64,000 nt of DNA from Gammaproteobacteria bacterium (GCA_965277405.1 OZ255726.1:512001-576000); one strand, 5' to 3'. Shown: positions 40,899 through 52,657, counted from the first letter of the stretch. Notes: generated by a model not told the origin, from the letters alone. Numbers and translations: made by a program.

Positions 40899-42655
40899 AA
40901 AAAATTGGAGTGACTGAGCTGGTACTCCGCGATGGGCATCAGTCATTGTTAGCAACGCGCCTTAAACTTGAAGATATGCTGCCGATTGCAGCACAACTTG
41001 ATGAGGTAGGATATTGGTCAATTGAATCATGGGGAGGCGCAACATTTGATGCGTGCATTCGCTTTTTACATGAAGATCCGTGGGAACGTTTGCGCTTGTT
41101 AAAGCAAGCAATGCCTAAAACACCACAGCAAATGCTGTTGCGTGGTCAGAACTTATTGGGGTATCGCCATTATGCCGATGATGTCGTCGATGCATTTGTA
41201 GCGCGCGCTGCTGAAGTTGGCGTCGACGTGTTTAGAATTTTTGATGCGTTGAATGACCCCAGAAATTTACAGCAGGCAATTACCGCAGTAAAACGCTGTA
41301 ATAAGCATGCGCAGGCAACCTTAAGCTATACCACTAGTCCCAACCATACTGAGCAGACATGGGTCGATTTCGCGCAACAATGTGCCGAGCTAGGGGCTGA
41401 TTCCTTGGCAATTAAAGATATGTCTGGTCTATTGCTACCAAACCAAACATATACATTAGTCAAGGCGCTCAAAGCGGCCACAGCGCTACCCATTCATATC
41501 CACAGCCATGCCACCACAGGATTGTCTACAGCAGCGATATTAAAGGCGATTGAAGCAGGAGCGGATGTTGTCGATGCGGCGATTTCTCCATTTAGCCAGA
41601 CGTATTCACATAGCGCTACAGAAACAATCGTGGCAATGCTTGAAGGCAGTGAGTTCACCACAGATATTGATTTGCAACAACTAGAACCAATTGCTGCATA
41701 TTTTCGAGCTGTACGCCATAAATACAGCGAGTTTGAAGGGTCATTACAGGGGATTGACGCACGTATTCTAACGGCACAAGTGCCTGGTGGAATGTTGACA
41801 AACTTAGAAAGTCAACTCAAAGAACAGCAGGCGAGCGACAAGTTTGACCAAATACTTGCCGAAATACCATTGGTGCGTGCCGACCTTGGGTATATTCCAT
41901 TGGTAACACCAACCTCGCAAATTGTCGGTACCCAAGCGCTATTAAATGTATTGTCAGAAAAACGCTATGAACGCATTTCCCGCGAAACAGAAGCGTTAGT
42001 GCGTGGAGAATATGGCCTGCTGCCTGCACCTGTAGCTGCAGAATTACAACAAACAGTGCTTGGTGATGCACAACCAATCACCCATAGACCAGCTGATGAC
42101 CTAGCAAGTGAATTTCACATATTACAAGATACTTTGGCAGCGTTAGCAGTAGCACAAGGTTTTGCTATTGAAAATATCGCCGCAGACACATTGACATATG
42201 CGCTGTTTCCACAAGTAGCTACGCAGTTTTTTAAACAACGTGGCCTGCCGCTTGCAGCTCAAGCCCTGCAACTGCAACGAGTTGCCGTACCCGATGCGCT
42301 CACACCTGCGGATGCTGGTCATTATCGGGTAACTGTTGCAGGCAAAGCGTTTAACGTTGTTGTCGAGTCGCAAAACCAGCAGGTAACCTCAGTAACTAAT
42401 GTGGCGGCAATTCAAGCGGCAATGCCAACAGTGGTCGCGGCTGGCAACGTTATCCAAGCCCCGCTTACAGGGCAGGTATTTAAGGTATTGGTTCGCCCAG
42501 GGCAGCGAGTTGAAAATGAAGAATCGCTGTTGATTTTAGAGGCGATGAAAATGGAAACGCCGATAAAAAGTACGCAGGCAGGGATGGTCCAGTCAGTATT
42601 TGTGCAAGCAGGCGATGCGGTACAAGTTGGCGATGCACTCGTCGAGATAGCGTAG
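40895..42655 (+). CDS. oadA: Na+-pumping oxaloacetate decarboxylase alpha subunit
   Basis: [34 protein letters not shown], biotin motif EAMKME. Confidence 0.95.
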   Translation: MKKIGVTELVLRDGHQSLLATRLKLEDMLPIAAQLDEVGYWSIESWGGATFDACIRFLHEDPWERLRLLKQAMPKTPQQMLLRGQNLLGYRHYADDVVDAFVARAAEVGVDVFRIFDALNDPRNLQQAITAVKRCNKHAQATLSYTTSPNHTEQTWVDFAQQCAELGADSLAIKDMSGLLLPNQTYTLVKALKAATALPIHIHSHATTGLSTAAILKAIEAGADVVDAAISPFSQTYSHSATETIVAMLEGSEFTTDIDLQQLEPIAAYFRAVRHKYSEFEGSLQGIDARILTAQVPGGMLTNLESQLKEQQASDKFDQILAEIPLVRADLGYIPLVTPTSQIVGTQALLNVLSEKRYERISRETEALVRGEYGLLPAPVAAELQQTVLGDAQPITHRPADDLASEFHILQDTLAALAVAQGFAIENIAADTLTYALFPQVATQFFKQRGLPLAAQALQLQRVAVPDALTPADAGHYRVTVAGKAFNVVVESQNQQVTSVTNVAAIQAAMPTVVAAGNVIQAPLTGQVFKVLVRPGQRVENEESLLILEAMKMETPIKSTQAGMVQSVFVQAGDAVQVGDALVEIA

Positions 42656-42657
42656 TT

Positions 42658-43800
42658 ATGGATGTCGCATTGCTACAACAACTTTGGTATAACACAGGTT
42701 TAGCCCACTTAACGCTCAATCAGTTGATTATGCTGATCTGTTGTTGCGGATTATTATACTTGGCTGTTGCGAAAGGCTTTGAACCATTGTTATTAGTACC
42801 AATTGCATTTTCTGGCTTGTTGAGCAACATCCCCAATACTGGTCTTGTTGATGAAGGAGGATTATTATATGTGCTGTATGATTTCGGCATTCACTCAGGC
42901 GTCTACCCGTTGTTAATTTTTATGGGAATAGGGGCAATGACAGATTTTGGGCCGCTGCTAGCTAGACCAACAACGCTGTTGCTTGGAGCAGCAGCACAAG
43001 TTGGTATATTTGCTACATTGATTGGTGCGATAGTATTGAGTCAATTTGGTTGGTTTGATTTTTCTATCCAACAAGCAGCGGCGATAGGCATTATTGGTGG
43101 TGCGGATGGGCCAACCGCGATATATTTAGCCAGTAAACTAGCGCCAGAATTGCTCGGTGCCATAGCAGTTGCTGCATATTCATATATGGCGTTGGTGCCG
43201 ATGATCCAGCCGCCAATAATGATGTTGCTAACTACAGCAAAAGAACGTAGCATCACCATGCAGCAGTTGCGTGAAGTGGGCAAGTTAGAGCGGATGCTGT
43301 TTCCATTAGTGCTATTATTGTTGGTCGCTGCACTATTACCAGCAGCAGCTCCATTATTAGGAATGTTTTGTTTTGGTAATTTTATGCGTGAATGTGGGGT
43401 GGTGCATCGCTTGTCTGATACCGTACAAAACGCATTCATTAATATTGTCACGGTGCTACTGGGGTTGTCGATTGGCACAAAACTACAAGCAGAGTTGTTT
43501 TTGAATGCAGAGACTTTAGCAATACTTGGACTAGGCGCGGTAGCGTTTTCAATTGGCACCGCTAGCGGGATTATAATGGCAAAAATTATAAATATTTTTA
43601 GCAAAGTCCCCGTGAATCCATTGATAGGTGCTGCTGGGGTTTCTGCGGTACCCATGGCAGCACGCGTTGTGAATACTGTTGGCATGAAGTCTAATCCGCA
43701 TAATTTTTTACTGATGCACGCGATGGGTCCGAATGTTGCTGGGGTGATTGGCTCTGCGGTTGCTGCTGGACTTATGTTTGAGTTATTGGGTCGGATATAA
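42658..43800 (+). CDS. oadB: Oxaloacetate decarboxylase beta subunit
   Basis: [44 protein letters not shown]. Confidence 0.95.
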   Translation: MDVALLQQLWYNTGLAHLTLNQLIMLICCCGLLYLAVAKGFEPLLLVPIAFSGLLSNIPNTGLVDEGGLLYVLYDFGIHSGVYPLLIFMGIGAMTDFGPLLARPTTLLLGAAAQVGIFATLIGAIVLSQFGWFDFSIQQAAAIGIIGGADGPTAIYLASKLAPELLGAIAVAAYSYMALVPMIQPPIMMLLTTAKERSITMQQLREVGKLERMLFPLVLLLLVAALLPAAAPLLGMFCFGNFMRECGVVHRLSDTVQNAFINIVTVLLGLSIGTKLQAELFLNAETLAILGLGAVAFSIGTASGIIMAKIINIFSKVPVNPLIGAAGVSAVPMAARVVNTVGMKSNPHNFLLMHAMGPNVAGVIGSAVAAGLMFELLGRI

Positions 43801-43847
43801 CCGATCATCGCCGCTATTTTTTATTTCATCAATTGCACAACACGCCA

Positions 43848-45191
43848 ATGATCAATATCAAAAAATATGCAACGTTATATTTGCATAAAGAAATTATATG
43901 GATATTTGTTAACGGCATAGCAAGTGGTTTTCCGTGGGTAGTTATTGGTTCTGTAATGACTTTATGGTTAAGAGAATCCGGGTATTCACGATCAGCAATT
44001 GGCTATTTCGGCTCAATATTTGCCGTATACGCGATAAATTTTATATGGGCGCCATTTGTCGATGCATTAAAAATCCCATGGTTGCATAATTTAGGGCAGC
44101 GCCGCTCGTGGATTATTGTCACCCAGCTGGTGATGTGTCTTGGTATTATTGGCTTGACGCAAGTCAACTTAGACCAGCAACTTATGTTTGCCAGCATATT
44201 TGCATTGGGTATTGCTATTGCCAGCGCTACGCAAGATATTGCAATTGACGCATATCGCATCGATATTTTAGCAATACGTGGCGCAGAGCTGCAAGCAGCT
44301 GGTGCGGCTGCTGCAACATCTGGTTGGTGGACCGGCTATACGTTGCTCGGCGCATTCGCGTTATTTGTTGCTGATATTGATGGGGTATCTTGGCAGCATA
44401 CATTATTGCTGCTGGCAGGGTTTGTGGTGATATTGATGTTTTTTACAATATATATTATACGTGAACCAGTTGTTGATCGCACGTTGACAACAATGCTCCA
44501 GCACCCCGACCAAGCAACAGTGCTGCAACGCTTTAGCGCATATATTTTAGCCGTTGTTGTTGCGCCCATCCGTGATTTTTTTCTACGTTACAAAACCCTA
44601 GCACTCGCGATTTTTGCATACATTCTGTTGTTTAAAATTGGCGAGGCATTTTTGGGGCGAATGTCATTAGTGTTCTATAGTGATATCGGCTTTAGCAAAA
44701 CAGAAATTGGCGCGTATTCAAAATTGATGACATGGTGGGTGACAATTATTGTTTCAATTGCTGCAGGAGGGCTGGTGGCGCACTTTGGTTTAGCCAGGGG
44801 GCTGCTTATTAGCGGGATAGCAATGGCTGCAACCAACCTGCTATTCGCGCTGATGGCAGTCGTAGGACCTGAAGCATGGGTGTTTATACTTACAGTGCTG
44901 CTCGATGGCATCACCTCTGCTTGTTCAACAGTGGCGTTTGTGGCGTTTATATCGTATTTAACCAGCACCAAGTTTTCAGCGACACAATATGCGTTAATGG
45001 CATCGCTTGGCAATCTGAGTAGAACGTTGCTTTCATCTACCAGTGGAGAATTAATTGACAGTTATTTGGGAGGCAGTTGGGTAATATTCTTTGTATTAAC
45101 AACAGTCATGGCGATACCTGGTTTAGTATTATTGGCGTATATCGCCAGTAAGCTTGGATTATGGGATAAACGGCAGCAACCACAGCAATGA
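43848..45191 (+). CDS. ampG: AmpG-family muropeptide MFS permease
   Basis: GIASGFP, FIWAPFVD, GQRRSW, SATQDIAIDAYRI, SATQYALM. Confidence 0.85.
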   Translation: MINIKKYATLYLHKEIIWIFVNGIASGFPWVVIGSVMTLWLRESGYSRSAIGYFGSIFAVYAINFIWAPFVDALKIPWLHNLGQRRSWIIVTQLVMCLGIIGLTQVNLDQQLMFASIFALGIAIASATQDIAIDAYRIDILAIRGAELQAAGAAAATSGWWTGYTLLGAFALFVADIDGVSWQHTLLLLAGFVVILMFFTIYIIREPVVDRTLTTMLQHPDQATVLQRFSAYILAVVVAPIRDFFLRYKTLALAIFAYILLFKIGEAFLGRMSLVFYSDIGFSKTEIGAYSKLMTWWVTIIVSIAAGGLVAHFGLARGLLISGIAMAATNLLFALMAVVGPEAWVFILTVLLDGITSACSTVAFVAFISYLTSTKFSATQYALMASLGNLSRTLLSSTSGELIDSYLGGSWVIFFVLTTVMAIPGLVLLAYIASKLGLWDKRQQPQQ

Positions 45192-45797
45192 ATGGCAAAT
45201 AATTGGTGGCAGACACACAAAAATGACCAGTATGTAAAAAAAGCGCAGTCAACAAAAGTGCGTTCGCGGGCTTGGTTCAAACTTGCAGCAATCGATAAAA
45301 AATACCAAGTTTTTACTCGGGGCTGCCGTGTTGTCGATCTCGGCGCAGCACCTGGGAGTTGGAGTGAATACGCCCGCAAGGCTATTGGTCACAATGGCAA
45401 AATATTTGCTGTTGACTTGTTGCCGATTCAGCCAATTGATGGTGTACATATTATCCAAGGTGACGTTAAGGATGTTGCGATACACAGTCAGTTGCGACAA
45501 TATATTGGGGGCGACAGCGATGTCATCATGAGTGATATTGCTCCGAATTTGACAGGGATTCAGGTAGGCGATCAACAGGCAATGCTCGAATTACTCGAAA
45601 ACATGCTGCTGATTACAGCAATCAACTTAGCGCCAAATGGTGTGTTTATTTGTAAACTATTGTATGGACATAGCTATGATGAATGCATCAAACTGCTGCA
45701 TCCACACTTTACCATGATACGGACGTTTAAGCCTGATGCCTCACGCGCGAAGTCTCGCGAAATTTATGTAGTGAGCAGCAAACCAAAACGCAGATGA
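45192..45797 (+). CDS. rlmE: 23S rRNA Um2552 methyltransferase
   Basis: RSRAWFKL, VVDLGAAPGSWS, SDIAPN, KPDASRAKSREIY. Confidence 0.93.
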   Translation: MANNWWQTHKNDQYVKKAQSTKVRSRAWFKLAAIDKKYQVFTRGCRVVDLGAAPGSWSEYARKAIGHNGKIFAVDLLPIQPIDGVHIIQGDVKDVAIHSQLRQYIGGDSDVIMSDIAPNLTGIQVGDQQAMLELLENMLLITAINLAPNGVFICKLLYGHSYDECIKLLHPHFTMIRTFKPDASRAKSREIYVVSSKPKRR

Positions 45798-46627
45798 TAC
45801 GTTGGCTACGCTGGTGCCTAGTTATGCCATTGTTGGTGATGGGAACAACAGCGGTTGCAGCACCAAAAGCAAAATTAATACAGTATTGGCAGACGCACAG
45901 TAATCAGACATTCGTCATTGATCATGTCCTGTGGCAAACATTTTTGCGCAAGTTTGTGGTTGATTCAGCCGACGGAGTGAACCGCGTTGCCTATGCCAGA
46001 GTAGAGCAAAGCGATAAATCGGCGCTGGCACGGTATATCAGGCTGTTGGCAGATACGGATCCGCATGATTTAAGGCGCCCAGAGCAATTGGCGTATTGGC
46101 TTAATTTTTATAATGCGTTGACGGTGGATTTGATTTTGGATAACTATCCAGTTGATTCGATTCGTGACATCGGTGGTGGCGTGTTCAGTCGTGGACCTTG
46201 GGATGATGATATTATTACCGTCAATGGCAGAATCTTAACATTGAATGATATAGAACATGGCATTCTGCGCCCAATTTGGCAGGACCCCAGAATTCATTAT
46301 GCCATAAACTGCGCGTCAATCGGCTGTCCAAATTTATTGCAACAAGCGTATACCGCCGATAATACAGAGCAATTGATGGACGCGGCGGCGCGACAATTTA
46401 TTAACCACCGCCGCGCGGTCAGTTTCATTAACAATCAATTGCAGCTATCGTCAATTTATGCTTGGTATGCAGTAGATTTTGGCAGCAGTATTGACAAGGT
46501 ATTGCAACACATCGATCAATACGCCGCGCCTAAACTCCATTGGCAATTGCAGCAATTGCAAATAGCGGATATTGATGCCGACTATGGCTACGATTGGTCG
46601 TTAAATGACCTTGATACACCGTATTAA
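45794..46627 (+). CDS. DUF547-domain exported protein
   Basis: LAYWLNFYNALT, LNDIEHGILR, DPRIHYAINCASIGCP, LSSIYAWY..DF. Confidence 0.85.
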   Translation: MIRWLRWCLVMPLLVMGTTAVAAPKAKLIQYWQTHSNQTFVIDHVLWQTFLRKFVVDSADGVNRVAYARVEQSDKSALARYIRLLADTDPHDLRRPEQLAYWLNFYNALTVDLILDNYPVDSIRDIGGGVFSRGPWDDDIITVNGRILTLNDIEHGILRPIWQDPRIHYAINCASIGCPNLLQQAYTADNTEQLMDAAARQFINHRRAVSFINNQLQLSSIYAWYAVDFGSSIDKVLQHIDQYAAPKLHWQLQQLQIADIDADYGYDWSLNDLDTPY

Positions 46628-46638
46628 CTGGATAATCT

Positions 46639-47037
46639 ATGCAACAAATTACTCCACAATGGTTCGTTGCTGGGCAAATGAGCGCGGCAGATTTGGTAAC
46701 CGTCGCGGCACAAGGGTTTAGCACAGTAATAAACAACCGACCAGACGGTGAAATTGAAAATCAGCCCCTGAGTGCTGCATTAGCAAATATTGCAGCAGAG
46801 CTGGGCATGGATTATCACGCAATACCTGTTGTCGGTGGAGATTTTCCTCAACAAGCCATTCAGGCAACGCAAGCTGTGCTGGCGAAAAATCCAAAAAAAG
46901 TAATTGCATTTTGCCGCTCAGGAACCCGTTCTACGACGTTGTGGGCATTGAGCCAAAGCGCTGTAGATACAGACACCGCAATTAAACTTGCAGGGCAAGC
47001 TGGCTATGATTTGGCGCATTTGCGCGGCGTGTTGTAG
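46639..47037 (+). CDS. TIGR01244/DUF442 sulfurtransferase-phosphatase-fold protein
   Basis: INNRPDGE, AFCRSGTRS, AGYDL. Confidence 0.85.
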   Translation: MQQITPQWFVAGQMSAADLVTVAAQGFSTVINNRPDGEIENQPLSAALANIAAELGMDYHAIPVVGGDFPQQAIQATQAVLAKNPKKVIAFCRSGTRSTTLWALSQSAVDTDTAIKLAGQAGYDLAHLRGVL

Positions 47038-47105
47038 ATCTGTTGTATATTCCGCAGTATTAACGCCACGGCTGGCTCAAGTTTTTTGCATTGAGGAAAC
47101 TCTGC

Positions 47106-49631
47106 TTATTTAAAAATATCTTCAGGCTGGTCAAATACTTCTAAAATCTTTGCTGAGTTGTGCGCTGATGCGTCGCCATTTGTTGGTGCGCTAATAATAA
47201 TTTGCGTAGAAACTGGGGGCAGGTTATCGTCTCTAAAGATTTCGCTTACGGCATTTGGAAAGTTTTTTTGAACTTGTTCGCCTGTTTGCGGGTTGATAAA
47301 AACGCTGGTAATGTTGTGCGGTTGTTGTAAATACGCTGTTGGCAGATTATCGAGTTGCTTGATAAATTCAATCCACATTGGCATTGCCGCAGCAGCACCA
47401 TATTCTGATCGTCCCAGCGGTGTCGGCTGGTCGTAGCCAATCCAAGCAGACGTTACTATGAATGGATGGAGACCAGTAAACCATGCGTCTACTTGTTTAT
47501 TCGTCGTTCCTGTTTTGCCGCCTAGATCATCACGCTTTAAGATGGCTTTAGCTTGACGCGCCGTACCTTGCTGATAAATACCTTTGAGGATATCGTACAT
47601 AATATAACTGATGTCTTTTTTAATGATACGCTCGTTATCAGTAAAACAATCTGGCGCAACGTCTGCCGTTAAATAATCAGGTAATGGCAGCGCTAATTCA
47701 GGCGAATAATCGATATCACAGACAGTCTTTGGCTGGGCTTGATAAATAGTGTTACCGTCTTTATCGTTGATTTTAGCAATAATGAAGGGCTTGACTAAAA
47801 AGCCGGTATTGACAAAACTTGAAAAACTGCGTGCAATAGTCAGCGGTGTTGCTGATGCAGTACCAAGTGCTAAAGAAAGATCGGGCGGAATGTATTTTTT
47901 TTGTAAGCCAAAGCGCATTAAATAGCGTTGTGTTTGCTTGATATTTAGCTGTTGCAATAAACGTATCGACACAAGGTTGCGCGATTTATACAACGCTTTG
48001 CGCAGCATCGTCGGACCTAAAAAAGTAAGCGAGCTATTTTGTGGGCGCCACTGCGCATCTGCCTGGCTAAAATTATCGTTGAATAAAGGGGCGTCATCAA
48101 TAATTGAACCTGCAGAATAGCCACGGGTAAACGCGTATGAATACAACAACGGTTTGATGGTTGATCCAATTGTTCGCACTGATTGCTCGGCGCGATTAAA
48201 CGGGCTTTGCAAATAGTGAAAGCCACCAGTTTCAGCAAGGATTGCCCCGTTATTCGGGTTGAGTGCTACAAACGCTCCCTGCACTGCGGGAATTTGGCTG
48301 AGCTCCCATGTTCGTTGTTGTGTTGCAGTATCGATGACATAGCGAATGCGCACAAGATCGCCAATTTTAACGATTTCGTTGGCTGTTTTGAGTTTGGGTC
48401 CTCTGCTGTTGACAGTAATAAATTTTCGCGCCCATTTAAGTTGTGGCCATGCAATTGTCACAGTCGAGCGGTCGCGTAGCCGCAGCTCAATTGATTGATT
48501 GTGAACGGCAACGACTAATGCAGGCGGTAATTGGTTGCTGTAACTCAGCATATCTTCCATTTCTTCTAACACCGACTGAAGGACGTCTTCACTTACATCT
48601 GCGGTGATTTGAGGATAGTGTTTTTCTGCGCCGCGGTAGCCATGGCGGTTTTCATAATCGAGCAACCCTTTGATAATCGCAACTTGTGCAGCATTTTGAA
48701 CCGTGCTATTGACCGTGGTATATACGTGGTAGCCATTATTATATAGCTCTTCCTTACTAACACCGCCGGGTTGAATAAGATCACTATTCAACAATTCTAG
48801 CCGTGCTTTTTCAGAAACATATCCAGCAATTGTCTCGCGTTTAAACGCATATGGCTTGGCAGTAATTGGCTGAGAAACTGCCTCAGCATACGTAGTATCA
48901 TTGATGTGTTTGAGCGTTAACATGCGCTGTAAAATCCAGTCGCGCCGCTCTTTTGCGCGTTGCGGACGGGACTCTGGATTATATTTAGATGGGGCCTTAG
49001 GCAGCCCTGCAATCATTGCCATTTGGGCTATTGTAAGCTCGTTTAATGACCTGCCATAATATGTATCAGCTGCAGCAACGATTCCGTAGGAACGAAAGCC
49101 GAAAAATATTTTATTAATATAGAGTTCAAAAATTTGTTGTTTTGGTAGCTCCTGTTCAATTTTAAATGCGAGCAAAATTTCATTGAACTTGCGCGCAAGC
49201 GTGCGTTCACGGCTTAGATAGAAGTTGCGCGCAACTTGCATCGTAATAGTACTAGCACCAGTTTTTTTTTCGGCGTTGGTAATGTATTGATAGCCAGCTC
49301 GTAACAAACTAGGGAATGAAACACCCCAATGGTTAAAAAAATTGCGATCCTCAGCAGCAGTAAATGCAGCAACCATTAGTGGTGGAACATTCTCAAAAGT
49401 AACTGGGCTACGCTTTTGCTCTCCAATTTCAGCGATAAGCACTTCATCAGCAGTATAAATTTTAAGTGGTTGTCTCAACTCAATATCTGCCAACTCTGCG
49501 ACTGCTGGCAGTTGAATATACAAGTAGGTCACAAACGCAGGTACCACCAACACAGCTGCCAAAGTAAGCGCGATTGTGAACAAAATAAGTTGGAGCAATG
49601 TTTTTTGTTTAATAGTTCGTATTATTCCCAT
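47106..49631 (-). CDS. mrcA: Penicillin-binding protein 1A
   Basis: AAEDRNFF, GASTITMQVARN, RKFNE; STIK, SRN, GKTGT; ATG 49631 preferred. Confidence 0.93.
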   Translation of the reverse strand: MGIIRTIKQKTLLQLILFTIALTLAAVLVVPAFVTYLYIQLPAVAELADIELRQPLKIYTADEVLIAEIGEQKRSPVTFENVPPLMVAAFTAAEDRNFFNHWGVSFPSLLRAGYQYITNAEKKTGASTITMQVARNFYLSRERTLARKFNEILLAFKIEQELPKQQIFELYINKIFFGFRSYGIVAAADTYYGRSLNELTIAQMAMIAGLPKAPSKYNPESRPQRAKERRDWILQRMLTLKHINDTTYAEAVSQPITAKPYAFKRETIAGYVSEKARLELLNSDLIQPGGVSKEELYNNGYHVYTTVNSTVQNAAQVAIIKGLLDYENRHGYRGAEKHYPQITADVSEDVLQSVLEEMEDMLSYSNQLPPALVVAVHNQSIELRLRDRSTVTIAWPQLKWARKFITVNSRGPKLKTANEIVKIGDLVRIRYVIDTATQQRTWELSQIPAVQGAFVALNPNNGAILAETGGFHYLQSPFNRAEQSVRTIGSTIKPLLYSYAFTRGYSAGSIIDDAPLFNDNFSQADAQWRPQNSSLTFLGPTMLRKALYKSRNLVSIRLLQQLNIKQTQRYLMRFGLQKKYIPPDLSLALGTASATPLTIARSFSSFVNTGFLVKPFIIAKINDKDGNTIYQAQPKTVCDIDYSPELALPLPDYLTADVAPDCFTDNERIIKKDISYIMYDILKGIYQQGTARQAKAILKRDDLGGKTGTTNKQVDAWFTGLHPFIVTSAWIGYDQPTPLGRSEYGAAAAMPMWIEFIKQLDNLPTAYLQQPHNITSVFINPQTGEQVQKNFPNAVSEIFRDDNLPPVSTQIIISAPTNGDASAHNSAKILEVFDQPEDIFK

Positions 49632-49675
49632 GTGGGTTTTTATTGTTGGTAATAAAATAAGTTGTTGACAGCGAT

Positions 49676-50353
49676 GTGAATACTGCAACCACAAAACAGC
49701 CATTAGACTTTTGTCTCTGTTGTCGTAGCAAGGCAATAGTTTTTAAGAAAGTACCACAAATAACCATAACGAAGAAACCTTCGCTCACAAAAACAAAAAG
49801 ATACTTGGATATTAGCTGTATTGATATATGCCATGTTGCCGCACAAGATCACCCTAGCCGTCAATATATTATCAATGATGACTGTGTGTTTGCTGCTTGG
49901 TATCAGCTTGATAGCCCAAAACACAACAGACAATCGATAGGACGTATCCAACAGCGAGCAGCAGAACAGATTCATTCCTTAATACCAACAAAGGAGCCGT
50001 GTCTACAATGGCAGGCGCATGTATCTGGTACAAAAATTTTAATTGCAGGTGTTACTGAACCATGGGTGGAGCAATTGCTTGGCAACACAGCTATTGCCAA
50101 AAGAAGCGTGTGGCTGCCGCAATGGTACGCGATGCATCTCACAAATATTGACGGGATTGCATGGGGGCAGAGTGTGTTCTTATCTAAGCAACATCGCTGG
50201 GCTATTTATCATGCATCTACTTTGCATGAAAACAATAACATGCTGAAAATTGCTAGCAAGCACCCAATGCGTAATGGCTCTGTTGGCAATTATGAAAATG
50301 TCGAATATGTGTATACACGCTTGAACATCCAGCAATGCCTGCTCTCGATTTGA
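49676..50353 (+). pseudogene. Possible degenerate pilM remnant / hypothetical protein
   Basis: Divergent from mrcA, where pilM usually lies; weak resemblance AAEQIHSLIP, KILIAGV..PWVEQ. Confidence 0.35.
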
Positions 50354-50370
50354 GAAGGCAGTAGATTTAA

Positions 50371-50681
50371 GCAGCCTCTGCTTAAGTCCATGATTGGCGA
50401 GACGGCGCAAAAACGCTGATGATAACTAGACGCAGTGCGCAGCTAACCCTGGTGGGTATTGTGGGTATTGTGGGTATTGCCAATGCTGCAAAGCCGTTAG
50501 CACCGTTTTTTCCCGTCCTTCTATTGAATATATGATGGTTTGCGGCAGCGGTACTTGCTGTGTTGCATCCTTTGGCGTATATGCTAGCTCATGAGCTCAG
50601 CGGTTTGCGTGCGGTTTGCACCTTGCAATCAGCAACAATTGCCAGCAAACTTGCTCCACCAGCGACTTCATCAAAGCTTCC
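50371..50681. mobile_element. Diverged MITE copy with TTAA duplication
   Basis: TTAA|GCAGCCTCTGCTTAA...TTCATCAAAGCTTCC|TTAA. Confidence 0.82.
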
Positions 50682-50826
50682 TTAACAATCACCTATAAAA
50701 TTGACACGACGTAGAAAATTATTGTAAAACGAAATGAAATAATGATGGTTTTATGCTTTCCTTGGTGATTGCTTGGCAAATTCATAATTATCTGCTCTAC
50801 TATAATTTTTATTGTTGGAATAAATA

Positions 50827-52089
50827 ATGAAACCAGAAACTATTGCCATTCATGGGGCGTTCAAAGGAGATCCGAGCACGCATGCAGTTGCCGTACCGTT
50901 ATACCAAACTACATCATACTTTTTCGATGATGCTCAACACGGTGCTGATTTATTTGATTTGAAAGTGCCAGGCAATATTTATACCAGAATCATGAACCCT
51001 ACTACGGATGTTCTTGAACAGCGTATCGCTGCTTTGGAGGGAGGTATTGCAGCTTTGGCATTTGCCTCTGGGATGGCGGCAATCACCGCGACGGTTGCGA
51101 CACTTGCAGAAGCAGGAGATAACATTATAAGTGTCAACCAGCTGTATGGCGGCACACAGAATTTTTTTGCGCATTCTTTAAGAAAAACTGGTGTTGAAAC
51201 ACGGTTTTTTGATGCTGATGCTCCAGAACAAATACATGCTTTAATTGATGAAAACACCAAGCTATTGTTTTGTGAGTCGATTGGAAACCCAGCCGGCAAC
51301 GTTGCTGATCTTGAGGCATTAGCGGCAATAGCACATACACACGGGATTCCTTTGGTTGTTGATAACACCGTGCCAACACCAGCGCTGTGCCAGCCTATTG
51401 CATTTGGTGCCGATATTGTCGTCCATTCACTCACCAAATACATTGGCGGTCATGGGACTTCTATTGGTGGGATGGTTGTGGATAGCGGTAAATTTGAGTG
51501 GGCAGGTAATCCACGGTTTGCAGCATTTAATGAGCCTGACCAATCGTATCATGGGGTAGTGTTTGTCGATGTCCTAGGTCCTGCGGCGTTTATTGGTAAA
51601 GCACGTGTTGGCGCATTACGCAGTAATGGGGGTGTTATTTCACCATTTAATTCATTCCTTATTCTGCAAGGGCTGGAAACGCTTACCTTGCGGATGGAAC
51701 GCCACGTCAGCAATGCACTACAGGTAGCTGAATATCTGAACACTCATCCACAAGTGAGTAAAGTAATATATGCTGGTTTGCAGCAAAGTCGCTATTATCA
51801 ACTCGCCGAAAAATATACTGGTGGCAATCCATCTGCCCTTGTAAGTTTTGAAGTAGCAGCTGGTGAAGATGCTGCCAAAGCGTTTATTGATAGACTTGAG
51901 CTGATTACCAGACTCGTCAATATTGGTGATGCAAAATCATTGGCATGTCATCCTGCCAGTACGACACATCGACAATTACAGCAAGATGAATTAGCGGCTG
52001 CAAACGTGAGCCACAATATGGTGCGGCTGTCGGTTGGCATTGAGCATATTGACGATATTATTAGTGATATTGAGCAAGCATTACAATAA
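50827..52089 (+). CDS. metY: O-acetylhomoserine aminocarboxypropyltransferase (sulfhydrylase)
   Basis: PLYQTTSY, GNIYTRIMNPT, HSLTKYIGGHG, NIGDAKSL..HPASTTH. Confidence 0.9.
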   Translation: MKPETIAIHGAFKGDPSTHAVAVPLYQTTSYFFDDAQHGADLFDLKVPGNIYTRIMNPTTDVLEQRIAALEGGIAALAFASGMAAITATVATLAEAGDNIISVNQLYGGTQNFFAHSLRKTGVETRFFDADAPEQIHALIDENTKLLFCESIGNPAGNVADLEALAAIAHTHGIPLVVDNTVPTPALCQPIAFGADIVVHSLTKYIGGHGTSIGGMVVDSGKFEWAGNPRFAAFNEPDQSYHGVVFVDVLGPAAFIGKARVGALRSNGGVISPFNSFLILQGLETLTLRMERHVSNALQVAEYLNTHPQVSKVIYAGLQQSRYYQLAEKYTGGNPSALVSFEVAAGEDAAKAFIDRLELITRLVNIGDAKSLACHPASTTHRQLQQDELAAANVSHNMVRLSVGIEHIDDIISDIEQALQ

Positions 52090-52099
52090 TCAAATTATG

Positions 52100-52211
52100 C
52101 ACCTTGCCGTAGCGACTAGCGGTATTTTTCAACCAATTTAGCAACCGTGCTCACAACGTGTACTCGATTGATTGCTAGGTCATGGTAGGAAAAATCGGTT
52201 ATGGCAAGGTG
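52100..52211. repeat. ~112-bp imperfect palindrome downstream of metY
   Basis: CACCTTGCC...GGCAAGGTG ends with further internal complementarity; ATG on both flanks. Confidence 0.5.
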
Positions 52212-52371
52212 ATGACTTAGACGTTGTGTAAGTTACTGAAATTATGTTGTAACCCATCTGCGGATAAATATGCAGGTATATGCAACATATGTGCCAACAA
52301 ACCAGCCGTTGTCGTTGGCGTTATGCCTGAACGCACCGCAACGAATATTCACACAACATGCTGATGTTTAG

Positions 52372-52657
52372 GGAAGCTCTGATAAAGTCCATGACGGGCG
52401 AGACGGAGAAAAAACGCTGATGATAACTAGACGCAGTGCGCAGATAATACTGGTGGTATTATCAAGTGCTGCAACGACGTTAGCGCAGCGTTTTTTCCCG
52501 TCCTTCTATTGAATATATGATGGTTTGCCTACAAGCGGTACTTGCTGTGTTGCATCCCTTGGCGTATATGCTACGGCATGCGCTTAGCGGTTTGCGCCTT
52601 GCAATCATCAGCAATTGCAGGCAAACTCGCTCCATCAGCTACTTAATCAGAGCTTCC
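52372..52657. mobile_element. IS5-TIR MITE copy
   Basis: TTAG|GGAAGCTCTGATAAA...TTAATCAGAGCTTCC|TAAG. Confidence 0.9.

Noticed and set aside
50690-50826. SAM riboswitch or Met box upstream of metY
   Set aside because: AT-rich with no recognisable consensus
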